A DNA stretch of 55,576 nt from a virus (lineage: Duplodnaviria > Caudoviricetes). The notes under the pieces are model-generated. The model had not been told where the DNA came from and did no database searches. It was given only the letters and a program-made list of their open reading frames with translations. The position numbers and the translations under genes were made by a program. Location: positions 1-55,576 of IMG/VR virus record IMGVR_UViG_3300013770_000001. One strand, 5' to 3'. This document shows, in pieces, positions 40,002-49,057 of this stretch (its first letter is position 1; each line of letters begins with the position of its first letter).

Positions 40002-40301
40002 ATGACAGATTCACAACTGGAACAGATCAAAGACGCAGTCGTTGAGAAGATGAAGCATCCTCAACCGAATCTCTTCATCCCAACGAAGGGTACCGTTGAT
40101 AAAAAGAAAGAGCGTGAACATCAGGAAATCGAACAACGCGTAGCGTTAAATCCCGACCTGTATATGAATCACCCGACTGGCCAACTGGACAAGGATGGTA
40201 AGCCAGTCATCATTCGAAAGGTGAAGACATGGCAACGGAAGCAGATGACTGGTCCGAGGACAGAAGCGGAATTGCAGGCAGGCCCGCCATACGGGGAGTA
40301 G
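40002..40301 (+). CDS. Hypothetical protein
   Basis: GAGGT RBS; intact ORF. Confidence 0.55.
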   Translation: MTDSQLEQIKDAVVEKMKHPQPNLFIPTKGTVDKKKEREHQEIEQRVALNPDLYMNHPTGQLDKDGKPVIIRKVKTWQRKQMTGPRTEAELQAGPPYGE

Positions 40302-40437
40302 TTCCACCATGGAATAAGTTTCGCTGTGCAAGATGTATTACTGGCACATCGTTGCAGAAGAGCAGGCAACTCTTCCTCGTCGGTCCCGGAGCGGTTAAGA
40401 TTCCTGCTTTTTGGAGCAGGGTTATAAGGAATCCGAG

Positions 40438-40581
40438 ATGATTCTCACTGAATCAGATGTCAAACGGTTCTGGAGGCAGTCGGCCTTTCTCCAAACAAGA
40501 AAGGATCTGGCGAGACAATTCGGGGTTTCAGTTGGAACAATTGCCCATATCCAAACCTTTCGGACGTGGACACATATTTAG
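40438..40581 (+). CDS. 47-aa HTH mini-protein resembling the C-terminal DNA-binding part of HNH homing endonucleases
   Basis: MILTESDVKRFWRQSAFLQTRKDLARQFGVSVGTIAHIQTFRTWTHI; AAGGA RBS; below the ORF-track cutoff. Confidence 0.55.
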   Translation: MILTESDVKRFWRQSAFLQTRKDLARQFGVSVGTIAHIQTFRTWTHI

Positions 40582-40590
40582 GAGCCAGTT

Positions 40591-43086
40591 ATGATCTTTC
40601 TAGATTCTGAAACATGTGGACTTCATGGAATGGCGGTCTTGCTCCAATTTGCCGAAAATGACCAAGAGATTCAGCTCTTCGATATCTGGAATCATCCGGC
40701 CCAACAGACGCTTGATCTGATTGAATACTTTGTGAACCATGAAGGTGGTCTTGTCATGTTCAATGCTGCCTTCGATTTCTTTCATCTTTGCAAACTTTAC
40801 ACTGTGTTTTCATTGCTCCCGGACAAGCAGTGGATTCCAATTGAACATATTGATGCGATTGCAAATCTGGAAGCAGCAGGACGTGATGGTCCCTGTCTGA
40901 AGCCACACTCAGTTGTGGACCTCATGTTGGTTGCTCGAAAAACTGCCTACCAATCCACGATGGAAAGAGATGATATCATCATTAAAAAGGTGCCAACAGC
41001 TCTTGCTTTTGAATTGGCGAAGGAACTGACCAGAGTAGTCCCCTTGAAGGGAATCTACTTCGCTCGAAAGCAGGACAAGAAACAGTGGCAAGTTGATGAC
41101 ATATTCAACGAATTTGAAGAACTTGTTCCGATGTTCAAAAATGTGGTTCTTAGATTTGCACCCTCTTCTGCGCTGAAAGCCTTGGCGGTCGATGCTTTAG
41201 GAATCGAGGAAGCAACCTACTTCTCGGATATTGGACTCCCTGCAAGCGCGATGCCAGAAGAACTTGGATACGCCCCATTCGCAACAGCCATCGGGCAGAC
41301 CGATCAGTGGAATCTTTCTTGGCCTGACTACGGCCGGATCAAGATTCACAATGAATTTTGGGAGTTAAATCCAATGGCTCGCGAGTACGCTGAGAAAGAT
41401 GTGGAATATACTAGAAAGTTATTTTGGTTCTTTAGTGCAAAGGCGAGGGGGAAGTCAGATGCCGAGGCGAGAATCATCGCTAATGATCCGACCCATCCTA
41501 TTGCCCCAATGGGCATGGACGACAATGACTCCGTATTAGCCTGCGCCGTAGCGGCAGTTCGCTGGCGCGGGTACTCGATTGATCTCCCAAAAATGACAGC
41601 ATTGCGAGATTCAGCCCTCGCACGGACCAAGACGAAACTCAACTTCGCATCTGCAGCAGTCTGCAAGATTTATTTGCAGCAGGTGATGACACCGCTTGAA
41701 TCAGCAGTCTTGAAAGTGGATGGCCTGCTCTCGACCAAGGGTACGATTCTGGAAGAGGTCTCTCGCTGGAAGATCAACACCATCTGCACGGAGTGCAATG
41801 GCCTCAGCAGCGTGGACCAAGAGGGGAACGATGTCCCTTGTCCAAGCTGCGGGGGCACTGGATTGATTCCGACTGCCGAGCAACACCCAGCGGCACTGCG
41901 TGCACGAGAGATTCTTGACTTGCGACACGCGAAGAAGGAGGTGGAACTTTTTGAGAAGTTTCTACTCGCCGGAAGATTTCATGCCAGTTTCAAAGTGATT
42001 GGGGCTTTATCTGGGCGAATGGCTGGTGGGGACGGTCTAAATGCCCAAGGAATAAATCGGAGTAAAGAGATTCGGAGAGCATTCCCGCTGGCATGGGGGG
42101 ACTTGCGGCTCAGTGGAGGGGACTTCAGCGGATTCGAAGTCTCAATAATGGATGCGGCATTTCGAGATCCTGTACTTCACCAGAAGTTAATCTCAAAGCA
42201 TGTCTGTATGGACTGTAAAGGAACTGGAATAGATCCCAGGAAGGGCGGAATCTGTTCGGACTGCAAAGGGACCAAAGAAGTCCCATACAAGATCCACGCG
42301 CTGTTTGGTCAGCACTTCTTCCCCGGAAAAGACTACTGGGGGATCTTGGCAACGAAGGGCCAACCTAACGAACTTGATCTCTATGACCGCTCTAAGAAGG
42401 GTCTCTTTGCGATTGCCTACGGTGGTGAAGCCTACACACTCGTCAATCGCGTCGGGATTCCTGAAGAACAAGCGCAGAAGGGTTATGAGAGTTGGTGTCG
42501 TGAGCACAAGGTTTGGGCACAGGAACGTGAGAAAGTTCTCGCACAGTTTCGGGCTATCGAGCAGCCAGCCGGGATCAGAACCAGAGTAATATGGACCGAT
42601 CCAAAAGAGTTCGTTGAGTCCATGTTTGGATTTCGGCGATATTTCACGCTAGAGCAACAGATTCAAAAGGCTCTTTTTCAGATGGCCGAGAAACCGCCCC
42701 CTCACTGGAACCAAATCCAGCTCAAGGTCGTTCGGCGAGACAGAGAACAGACTGTGACGGGTGCACTGAAAAGCGCATGTTACGGTGCGGCATTTGCGAT
42801 TCAGGGCAATGTGATGCGGGCGGCGGGGAATCACGTGATTCAGGCGACTGGCGCGGAAGCCTGTAAGATGCTCCAGAGGAAACTTTGGGGTCTCCAACCG
42901 ACTGGAATCTCGCGCTGGGTGGTCCAACCAGCCAATATCCATGACGAACTGATGGTTCCGATGCTTCCGGACTTGGTCCCTGCTGCAAATAAAATCGTGG
43001 CAGATTTCATCAGTGACCTTAAGACTAAAATTCCACTGGCAGCTATCGAGTGGGGAAACGATCTTAAGTCTTGGGCGGAGAAATAA
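40591..43086 (+). CDS. polA: DNA polymerase family A with 3'-5' exonuclease
   Basis: DSET, FNAAFD and YAEKD exonuclease motifs; motif A DFSGFE, motif B KKGLFAIAYG, motif C IHDEL. Confidence 0.9.
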   Translation: MIFLDSETCGLHGMAVLLQFAENDQEIQLFDIWNHPAQQTLDLIEYFVNHEGGLVMFNAAFDFFHLCKLYTVFSLLPDKQWIPIEHIDAIANLEAAGRDGPCLKPHSVVDLMLVARKTAYQSTMERDDIIIKKVPTALAFELAKELTRVVPLKGIYFARKQDKKQWQVDDIFNEFEELVPMFKNVVLRFAPSSALKALAVDALGIEEATYFSDIGLPASAMPEELGYAPFATAIGQTDQWNLSWPDYGRIKIHNEFWELNPMAREYAEKDVEYTRKLFWFFSAKARGKSDAEARIIANDPTHPIAPMGMDDNDSVLACAVAAVRWRGYSIDLPKMTALRDSALARTKTKLNFASAAVCKIYLQQVMTPLESAVLKVDGLLSTKGTILEEVSRWKINTICTECNGLSSVDQEGNDVPCPSCGGTGLIPTAEQHPAALRAREILDLRHAKKEVELFEKFLLAGRFHASFKVIGALSGRMAGGDGLNAQGINRSKEIRRAFPLAWGDLRLSGGDFSGFEVSIMDAAFRDPVLHQKLISKHVCMDCKGTGIDPRKGGICSDCKGTKEVPYKIHALFGQHFFPGKDYWGILATKGQPNELDLYDRSKKGLFAIAYGGEAYTLVNRVGIPEEQAQKGYESWCREHKVWAQEREKVLAQFRAIEQPAGIRTRVIWTDPKEFVESMFGFRRYFTLEQQIQKALFQMAEKPPPHWNQIQLKVVRRDREQTVTGALKSACYGAAFAIQGNVMRAAGNHVIQATGAEACKMLQRKLWGLQPTGISRWVVQPANIHDELMVPMLPDLVPAANKIVADFISDLKTKIPLAAIEWGNDLKSWAEK

Positions 43087-43323
43087 ATGGATGAACAACT
43101 CTTTGAATTGATGTTGAATGTTCGACAAGGTAGAACACTCAACGAAGAGGAGGCAAAACTCCTCATGAATCTCACAGTCTTTCTAGCTGAAAGGAGCAAG
43201 TACCGTGCAAGACTCATCACCCTTATGGAAGAAGCAACCCACAAGAAAGGATATAAGCTTCCAAAAGAACGCCGAACTGACCAAGATCAACAGTCTACTA
43301 GAGATTCGAACTCTCCTGTATGA
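43087..43323 (+). CDS. Hypothetical protein
   Basis: Abuts the polymerase stop codon. Confidence 0.45.
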   Translation: MDEQLFELMLNVRQGRTLNEEEAKLLMNLTVFLAERSKYRARLITLMEEATHKKGYKLPKERRTDQDQQSTRDSNSPV

Positions 43324-43588
43324 AGAGTTTTTGACGATTAAGTCGTGTCTTCACCTTCTCGAAGCGATTAGTGCCTGTGTGCAATGGACTAATGCACACC
43401 AGAAAGAGCGCGAGGCGCTGATTATAGCAATCAAGAAAAGGGATCTTGAAACTGTCAAGAAATGGTTTTCGAAGCGTGAGCCGTCTATCCGTGATCTGCG
43501 GAAAGAGGCAAGGAATCATGGAGTTGCGAACTACTCCCGCCTGAGCAAGAATGAATTGCTCTGGGAGTTGAAGGAGATCAAGAAATGA
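43205..43588 (+). CDS. Protein with C-terminal Rho-N-like (HeH) nucleic-acid-binding domain
   Basis: SIRDLRKEARNHGVANYSRLSKNELLWEL. Confidence 0.6.
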   Translation: MQDSSPLWKKQPTRKDISFQKNAELTKINSLLEIRTLLYEEFLTIKSCLHLLEAISACVQWTNAHQKEREALIIAIKKRDLETVKKWFSKREPSIRDLRKEARNHGVANYSRLSKNELLWELKEIKK

Positions 43589-43956
43589 AGGTGGAACAGG
43601 GAACGCTCGAAGCGGCCATCGACAAGTTGCTGGAGGAAATGGCATGGGCCTTTGAACTGGTCCACCGGAAGCTGGCTCAGCGGCCGAAGCGGCAGACAGC
43701 CAACAAGTTGATTGAGGCGAGAAAGTGGCTTCTCGACATTCATGACGGGCCATTCGAGAACTTCCGCAAACTGTATACTAGCCAGTGCCCGGAGCACTGG
43801 CAGCAGTTGGAACTTCATGGACTGGATGGAAATGACCTCCCGGAAGTGAGGAATCTGAGCGTCCTGAAGCGGGCCTTAACAGCAAGTCTCAAGAGGGGAA
43901 TCTCAAGAGTTTTCATTCTTGAGACAATCAAACAGAATGGAGAGAAGGATGAATAA
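43585..43956 (+). CDS. Hypothetical protein
   Basis: AAGGAG RBS; ATGA overlap. Confidence 0.55.
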   Translation: MKVEQGTLEAAIDKLLEEMAWAFELVHRKLAQRPKRQTANKLIEARKWLLDIHDGPFENFRKLYTSQCPEHWQQLELHGLDGNDLPEVRNLSVLKRALTASLKRGISRVFILETIKQNGEKDE

Positions 43957-44410
43957 CCTACCGAAGGAATCAGTGGACAAGCCGCGTATGCCGCTTGACA
44001 ACCGGAAGAAGCCGACCGGCTTCCAGCAGATTCAAGGTTTTCTTAATGCCGTCGCGGGCCAGTTGCAAAATCTCCAGAAACAAGTTCTGGAGCTTCAGCA
44101 GGCTCAAGCATTTACCAGTTGCGCCATCGCAGCACTTATGAAGAAAGGAATGGTGACTAGTGACGAAATCCAAGCAGCCTACGAAAGCGCCAAGTCTGAA
44201 GCAGGTAAAGCAAATGCTGAACCAGATGGTGTTCAATCCTCGGGACGTGATGACACCGCTGGGAATCGCAGCGGAGGAGGGGAACCCGAAAGCGTACCGG
44301 ACACATGCAATGATACTACTGCGGGAGTCCCGGCTTCCGTCCCTGTCAGCGGTGACACGCCGCCAGAAGGAGCAGCAAGTGATCCGGCTCCTAGTGCTGG
44401 CTCAGTGTGA
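43949..44410 (+). CDS. Hypothetical coiled-coil protein with run-on tail
   Basis: GGAG RBS; tail overlaps the next ORF. Confidence 0.5.
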   Translation: MNNLPKESVDKPRMPLDNRKKPTGFQQIQGFLNAVAGQLQNLQKQVLELQQAQAFTSCAIAALMKKGMVTSDEIQAAYESAKSEAGKANAEPDGVQSSGRDDTAGNRSGGGEPESVPDTCNDTTAGVPASVPVSGDTPPEGAASDPAPSAGSV

Positions 44411-44540
44411 AGAGTCGGAGATTCCGGAATCAAGCTTCAAGCGCGGAGTTCACGAGGTCGTCTCCGAGAGTAGAGGAGTTCTTTCGGTGGGGCCGAACCC
44501 CGATCTGAGCGAACCGTACAGTCGCCCGGTGCAGGGATGA
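44214..44540 (+). CDS. Hypothetical protein (start uncertain)
   Basis: Stop overlaps the next gene's ATG (ATGA). Confidence 0.4.
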   Translation: MLNQMVFNPRDVMTPLGIAAEEGNPKAYRTHAMILLRESRLPSLSAVTRRQKEQQVIRLLVLAQCEESEIPESSFKRGVHEVVSESRGVLSVGPNPDLSEPYSRPVQG

Positions 44541-44875
44541 TTACCGATCCAGAGTTTCTCCTGCTTCCTCTAGTACGAATCCCGGTTTTAGAAGAACTGG
44601 GATTCGTATCCGGGAAGCGAGACTCAACATGGTATCACGCAGCAGATAATGGCAATCACATTGCGGTTATCTGCTGCGTCCATGTCAGGGAGGTTCAGTT
44701 CGGAATCAAGTTCGCGCTGACATACGATGAGTGTTTCGCTGATTCGGAACTCCTCAAAGCGTATATCCTGCACCTTTTCAAGATGCAGGAATCAACTCTC
44801 GGTCTCAACCCGTTGGAGTATATGAATGGACCCGCTCAGAGTGAAACGAACACGGAAGGATGGCCCGGAGGCTAA
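44537..44875 (+). CDS. Hypothetical protein
   Basis: Intact ORF in the operon. Confidence 0.5.
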   Translation: MITDPEFLLLPLVRIPVLEELGFVSGKRDSTWYHAADNGNHIAVICCVHVREVQFGIKFALTYDECFADSELLKAYILHLFKMQESTLGLNPLEYMNGPAQSETNTEGWPGG

Positions 44876-45176
44876 GATTCAGTACGAGGTCATTGCCTTT
44901 CTGCGGAATGAAGGTTGGTTCGTGAAGGAAACGCAGGGCAATATGTATATGAGTGGCTGGCCGGACATCTTCGCCTGTCATAGCACATATGGACTCCGTT
45001 GGATTGAGATCAAGCTGCCGAATATGGAAGGCTCCAGATTCACAGCCGCTCAGTTGGAGGACTTCCCCAAGTTCTGCGCGAACGGAGCCGGTGTGTGGAT
45101 TATGACGGCAGCCACGCATCATGAGTACAGTGTCCTCTTCGGGCCTGCAAATTGGTTCTCCTTTATCAAACTGTAG
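44826..45176 (+). CDS. VRR-NUC domain nuclease (Holliday junction resolvase-like)
   Basis: EAKIQ..I..FL..GWPD..WIEIK..TAAQ. Confidence 0.8.
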   Translation: MDPLRVKRTRKDGPEAKIQYEVIAFLRNEGWFVKETQGNMYMSGWPDIFACHSTYGLRWIEIKLPNMEGSRFTAAQLEDFPKFCANGAGVWIMTAATHHEYSVLFGPANWFSFIKL

Positions 45177-45188
45177 AAAGGTCTGTAT

Positions 45189-45803
45189 ATGGCGAAACGA
45201 ATCTCTCTGATGTGTGATCTGAGCAGCCTCTTCCGCACGGTGGGTTTCCAGCACCCGCGGCGGAAGCTGTCCTACAAGAAGCTGCTTGCCTTCTGTGCAG
45301 AGCTGGGAGAGGTGAAACTCCAGAAAGCCTATGGCCTGCAAGAGAATAAAGAAGCAAGCAAGTTCATAGCGGCTTTGCAGCACCTCGGATTCTCGACTCA
45401 CTACAAGCGAATTGGGCCGAGCAAGCAGCATGTGTCATGGAATATCGCCATGACAATAACGGCGATTCATGAACTGCCAGAGTACGATACTCTGATTCTT
45501 GCCAGTGCCGAACACGATCTCTGGCGGCTTATTCGCTACATTCGCGAAGCGCATAACAAACAGGTGATCGTGATCGCCTGTAACATTCCAACGGCTGTCA
45601 AGAATGTCGCGACAAGCTGGTTCGAGGTCACTGAGTCGATGCTGGAGGAACCGAATGGACTTGCAAAAGGCACTCAACCGAATATTGATTCGTTTGACAT
45701 ATCAGATGGAGCTACGTTCTCTGAAGATCCAATCCCCGGATGCGCGAATCAAAGTGAGCAAGATCCCAAGCTTAAAATCGGACCTGACACCGGAGCCGGT
45801 TGA
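45189..45803 (+). CDS. NYN/LabA-like PIN-fold protein
   Basis: CDLSSL..Y.KL..AYG..L...GF..LILASAEHDL..L..V.V. Confidence 0.65.
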   Translation: MAKRISLMCDLSSLFRTVGFQHPRRKLSYKKLLAFCAELGEVKLQKAYGLQENKEASKFIAALQHLGFSTHYKRIGPSKQHVSWNIAMTITAIHELPEYDTLILASAEHDLWRLIRYIREAHNKQVIVIACNIPTAVKNVATSWFEVTESMLEEPNGLAKGTQPNIDSFDISDGATFSEDPIPGCANQSEQDPKLKIGPDTGAG

Positions 45804-46053
45804 AACCGTCTCCGTGACTGAGGCGATCTTGATTGAGGGTTGTCTTGCCTCAAACGAGATTCGGCGGCTCATAATTGGTTTGGCTGATCTCGAAGAAGTG
45901 CTGCTCCCCGATGAATTGAACGAAGAGTATAGTGTCGGTATGACAACGTGCAAGGTCTGCAATTTTAGATTCCTTGCAACATTCCCAGTTGCTGCCGAAC
46001 CACCACTCCTTTGCCCGGAATGCGGAAAAGTCACCTGTTTCAGATCAAAATAG
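45655..46053 (+). CDS. Protein with C-terminal zinc ribbon
   Basis: CKVC...CPECG; GGAGGA RBS before ATG 45655. Confidence 0.55.
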   Translation: MDLQKALNRILIRLTYQMELRSLKIQSPDARIKVSKIPSLKSDLTPEPVETVSVTEAILIEGCLASNEIRRLIIGLADLEEVLLPDELNEEYSVGMTTCKVCNFRFLATFPVAAEPPLLCPECGKVTCFRSK

Positions 46054-46168
46054 GATAAAAGATGTGACCAAGTATCTCAGAGCACGAGCTGCCAAAACGT
46101 GAAACCGCTGTGCCAGGCGACACCATCAAGTTGCTGCTAACTTGGAATATCAAACGAGGAGTTCCGCT

Positions 46169-46711
46169 ATGAAGGTCTTTATAGATATGGACGGGGTTCT
46201 TGTGAATCTGCCCGCGGCAGCATTCAAATTCCACCGTATTCTGGATATATACGCCCATCCCAAGAATCTCGGGAATTACTCGATGCACGAGACTTCTGGC
46301 CTCTCGCGTGAGGACTTCTGGTCACTGCCCTCACAAGTTTGGCAAGATGCTCCCAAGATGCCTGATGCTGATGCCATCGTGAATCTCTGCATTGCAAACT
46401 TCGGACCGGATAACGTCGCCTTCCTCTCGATGCCGGGAGGGAGGGACATCAGTGAATGTATCAAAGGCAAAATGCGCTGGATCGACCGCCACTATCCGGG
46501 TTTCAAGAAGAAATGTATCTTTACCGCCCATAAAGGTCTCTTGGCCCATCAAGGGGCTTTACTTCTTGATGACAGCGATGAGCAGGTCCAGTTCTTCCGG
46601 GACCGAGATGGTAATTGCATCTTGGTCCCTCAAGCCTGGAATCGTATGTTTTCTCTTAGGGACAAGAGTTACGAGTTTGTTGCTCAGGAGATTCAGCGGT
46701 ATGTTAGTTAA
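46169..46711 (+). CDS. HAD-family 5'(3')-deoxyribonucleotidase-like protein
   Basis: FIDMDGVL, K..W, LLDD motifs. Confidence 0.8.
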   Translation: MKVFIDMDGVLVNLPAAAFKFHRILDIYAHPKNLGNYSMHETSGLSREDFWSLPSQVWQDAPKMPDADAIVNLCIANFGPDNVAFLSMPGGRDISECIKGKMRWIDRHYPGFKKKCIFTAHKGLLAHQGALLLDDSDEQVQFFRDRDGNCILVPQAWNRMFSLRDKSYEFVAQEIQRYVS

Positions 46712-46772
46712 CGCTCACGTTCCGAATCTAACCGCGCCTTCAAGCAGAATGAGACTTTCAGGAGTCCTTACG

Positions 46773-47015
46773 ATGACGACACTGGTCTTCAAACAGGCGG
46801 GACTCTGGTGCGCCTACTGTCTCGACTACAATCTAATGGCTGTGACACCAGTGATTCTGGAATCGATTGCTCTGTTGGAATCCATGGTCAAGATCCATGA
46901 AGGCGACTCGGTCCCAGTCGAACAGCAGTACTGGGATGCCTATGCTGCTATTGAGCTGAACCATTTCGAGCCGAAGAACAAGTTCATCAAATCGTGGAGG
47001 ATTAAGAATGGCTAA
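46773..47015 (+). CDS. Hypothetical protein
   Basis: AGGAG RBS before ATG MTTLVF. Confidence 0.45.
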   Translation: MTTLVFKQAGLWCAYCLDYNLMAVTPVILESIALLESMVKIHEGDSVPVEQQYWDAYAAIELNHFEPKNKFIKSWRIKNG

Positions 47016-47475
47016 GATTGAACTATCGAATGGGAAACCAGTCACGCCCGAGCACAAGGAGATCGACCCCGCGACAGGCCAACAGAAGGGCTATGTTGTC
47101 CTCACTGCCGAGGAACGTGCGAAGGGCTTCGTGCGTCCTGTGAGGCATAAGTACGTCCACATAGGTGTCAGGTCGAAATATCCGTTGCGCGATTTAACAC
47201 CGGAAGAACAGGCTGATCCGTTGAGGGGCGGGCAGGGATGGGTGAAATACGAGGAGTACCCTGAATCTGAATCGCCGCTTGTGGGCAAGGGATGGACCAA
47301 GCAGGAACTGAGATCGGGCTGCGGAACAGTCACAGCGATGGCTGACGCACTCGCGGAGACATACGCCCGAGATCCGAAGTTCTATGGCATGACATTCTGC
47401 TGCAAGTGTAAGATGCATTTCGACGTGGGCCAGTTCATTTGGGACGACGGTTCATCTGAAGTAGTGGGGAGTTAA
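47008..47475 (+). CDS. Hypothetical phage protein with probable zinc site
   Basis: EERAKGFVRPVR..H..CG..AETYARDP.FYG.TFCC.C..HF. Confidence 0.6.
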   Translation: MAKIELSNGKPVTPEHKEIDPATGQQKGYVVLTAEERAKGFVRPVRHKYVHIGVRSKYPLRDLTPEEQADPLRGGQGWVKYEEYPESESPLVGKGWTKQELRSGCGTVTAMADALAETYARDPKFYGMTFCCKCKMHFDVGQFIWDDGSSEVVGS

Positions 47476-47478
47476 GAA

Positions 47479-47826
47479 ATGGACCTGAATCAATTGGCAA
47501 TTCTGCGGGAGGCATGGCTCAAGGATGCTGCCGAGCAAGGAGGCGACCCCTTCGCGCTCGACAGCTTCGCTAACTACGCGGTCGCGTGTACGGAGCTTCA
47601 TGAATCAATCCTCAAACAGATTCCGCTCCAACTCGTAGAACTCAAGATGCAAAATGTGTCGGGTGGAGGCGTGCTCCTAACAACGTGTACGGGGAAGCCG
47701 ATCCTACTGGTCATCGCTGGCGATGTCGTCATGGTCAAGACGAAGCTGGAGCAGAAGCCATTGCCCCCGAATCAGACATTCACGATTAGTCGAGGGTTCG
47801 AGGGTGAACTTGGAGGTCCGTCATAA
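47479..47826 (+). CDS. Hypothetical protein
   Basis: GGGGAG RBS; intact ORF. Confidence 0.5.
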   Translation: MDLNQLAILREAWLKDAAEQGGDPFALDSFANYAVACTELHESILKQIPLQLVELKMQNVSGGGVLLTTCTGKPILLVIAGDVVMVKTKLEQKPLPPNQTFTISRGFEGELGGPS

Positions 47827-47905
47827 TTGGGGCAGGGTGCTATGTCGATGAGTTCAAATGCTTGATTCGAGAATCGGGCGGTGTCATCCTCATGGAGGAG
47901 CGTGC

Positions 47906-48367
47906 ATGAAATTATACAGGCAGCGGGGAGAGAATTGTTTCCATATCGCAATGGCTTGTATCTTGGAGATTCCACCTCCGGAACTTATCAAGGTACTCGG
48001 CCATGATGGTAGGAAAATCCTATGGCCCAAGTACAAAGATACAAGGAGGTTCTGCGGCTTCCACCCGCAGGAAATGATTGACGCCGGCAAAAGACTCGGG
48101 CGGGCACTAACACTGATTGAGACCTCGCCGAGGTCAATACAGGATGACGACCTGCCGGAATACCGCGTGTTCCAAGATTCCCGCAGCGAGCAGGCAAGGC
48201 TCTTGAACTGGCTCCAGACTAGGCCAGCGGTTCTCTTTATCTCGTCGGATGTAGATCACGCAATCGGCTGGGACGGGTTTCAGGCATGGGATCAGGCAAC
48301 TGGCCGCTGGGAAAGATTCGAGAATCTGACGCCATATGCAGCACTGGTGCTCTGTGGAAAGATTTGA
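47906..48367 (+). CDS. Hypothetical protein, possible papain-like Cys-His-Asp fold
   Basis: Q....CFHIAMACIL ... HAIGWDG ... D; GGAGGAG RBS. Confidence 0.4.
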   Translation: MKLYRQRGENCFHIAMACILEIPPPELIKVLGHDGRKILWPKYKDTRRFCGFHPQEMIDAGKRLGRALTLIETSPRSIQDDDLPEYRVFQDSRSEQARLLNWLQTRPAVLFISSDVDHAIGWDGFQAWDQATGRWERFENLTPYAALVLCGKI

Positions 48368-48553
48368 TTCCATGGAATCAAATCTAGAAATCTCGGACCC
48401 TTACTACTGTGGACGGTTCCCAAAAAATAATTTTGGAATTGTCAAATAACATCGCACATGCCAAACAATCCATTGTAGAATGAGTCCTCGGAGGGAATTC
48501 CCGGCGGGAGTCTAGAATTTTGCCTTTCCAGTAGATTTGATTCGGAGAAGGAC

Positions 48554-49057
48554 ATGGCGGCGAATCTCTTGGCCCATGAGACGAAGATGATTCTGGAATC
48601 GGCCTCCCGATTCATCCAGATGGCACCTTCCAAGCGCGACGACATCTTGTCGGTTGCGACGTTGCGCTATCTTGAGATTCGTGGCCAAGGTCATTTGCCT
48701 GCGACGATGGCTGCGGCGATTCAGAACGCAGTAAGGGACTATCTGTACGAGGATCACTTAGTGCCCTGTCCGCCGTCACACGAATCATTTCCGAGTGTGA
48801 CGAGTCTGAGCGCGGGGAAGGAAGAGGCAGCGGTGAAAGAAGCACTGGAGTTGTTTGCTCGTCAAGATTCCGGTACGTTGCAAGAAATCTTCGAGCATTT
48901 GAATCTGTCTGTTCGGGAGAAGTCAGTCGCCCAGCGACTTGTGGAGGGTTACAAGGAATACGAAATAGCACAGTATTTGGAGTTGTCAGAGTCCGAAATA
49001 TCAAGGGTCGTCTCGTCCATCAAGGACAAATACATCAGGAGAAAGAATCATGACTAA
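48554..49057 (+). CDS. Sigma-70 region 4 (ECF-like) transcription factor
   Basis: LSVREKSV..LVEGY...EIAQYL.LSESEISR region-4 HTH; region-2-like DDILS..IQNAVRDYL. Confidence 0.65.
   Translation: MAANLLAHETKMILESASRFIQMAPSKRDDILSVATLRYLEIRGQGHLPATMAAAIQNAVRDYLYEDHLVPCPPSHESFPSVTSLSAGKEEAAVKEALELFARQDSGTLQEIFEHLNLSVREKSVAQRLVEGYKEYEIAQYLELSESEISRVVSSIKDKYIRRKNHD

Noticed and set aside
40591-43086. Inteins in the polymerase or helicase
   Set aside because: The Cys-rich insertions are short and lack intein termini (C...HN-C/S/T) or LAGLIDADG motifs.
48435-48460. Fifth copy of the GGAAT-N17-GTTA promoter before the sigma-like gene
   Set aside because: GGAAT is present, but no GTTA follows at the conserved spacing.
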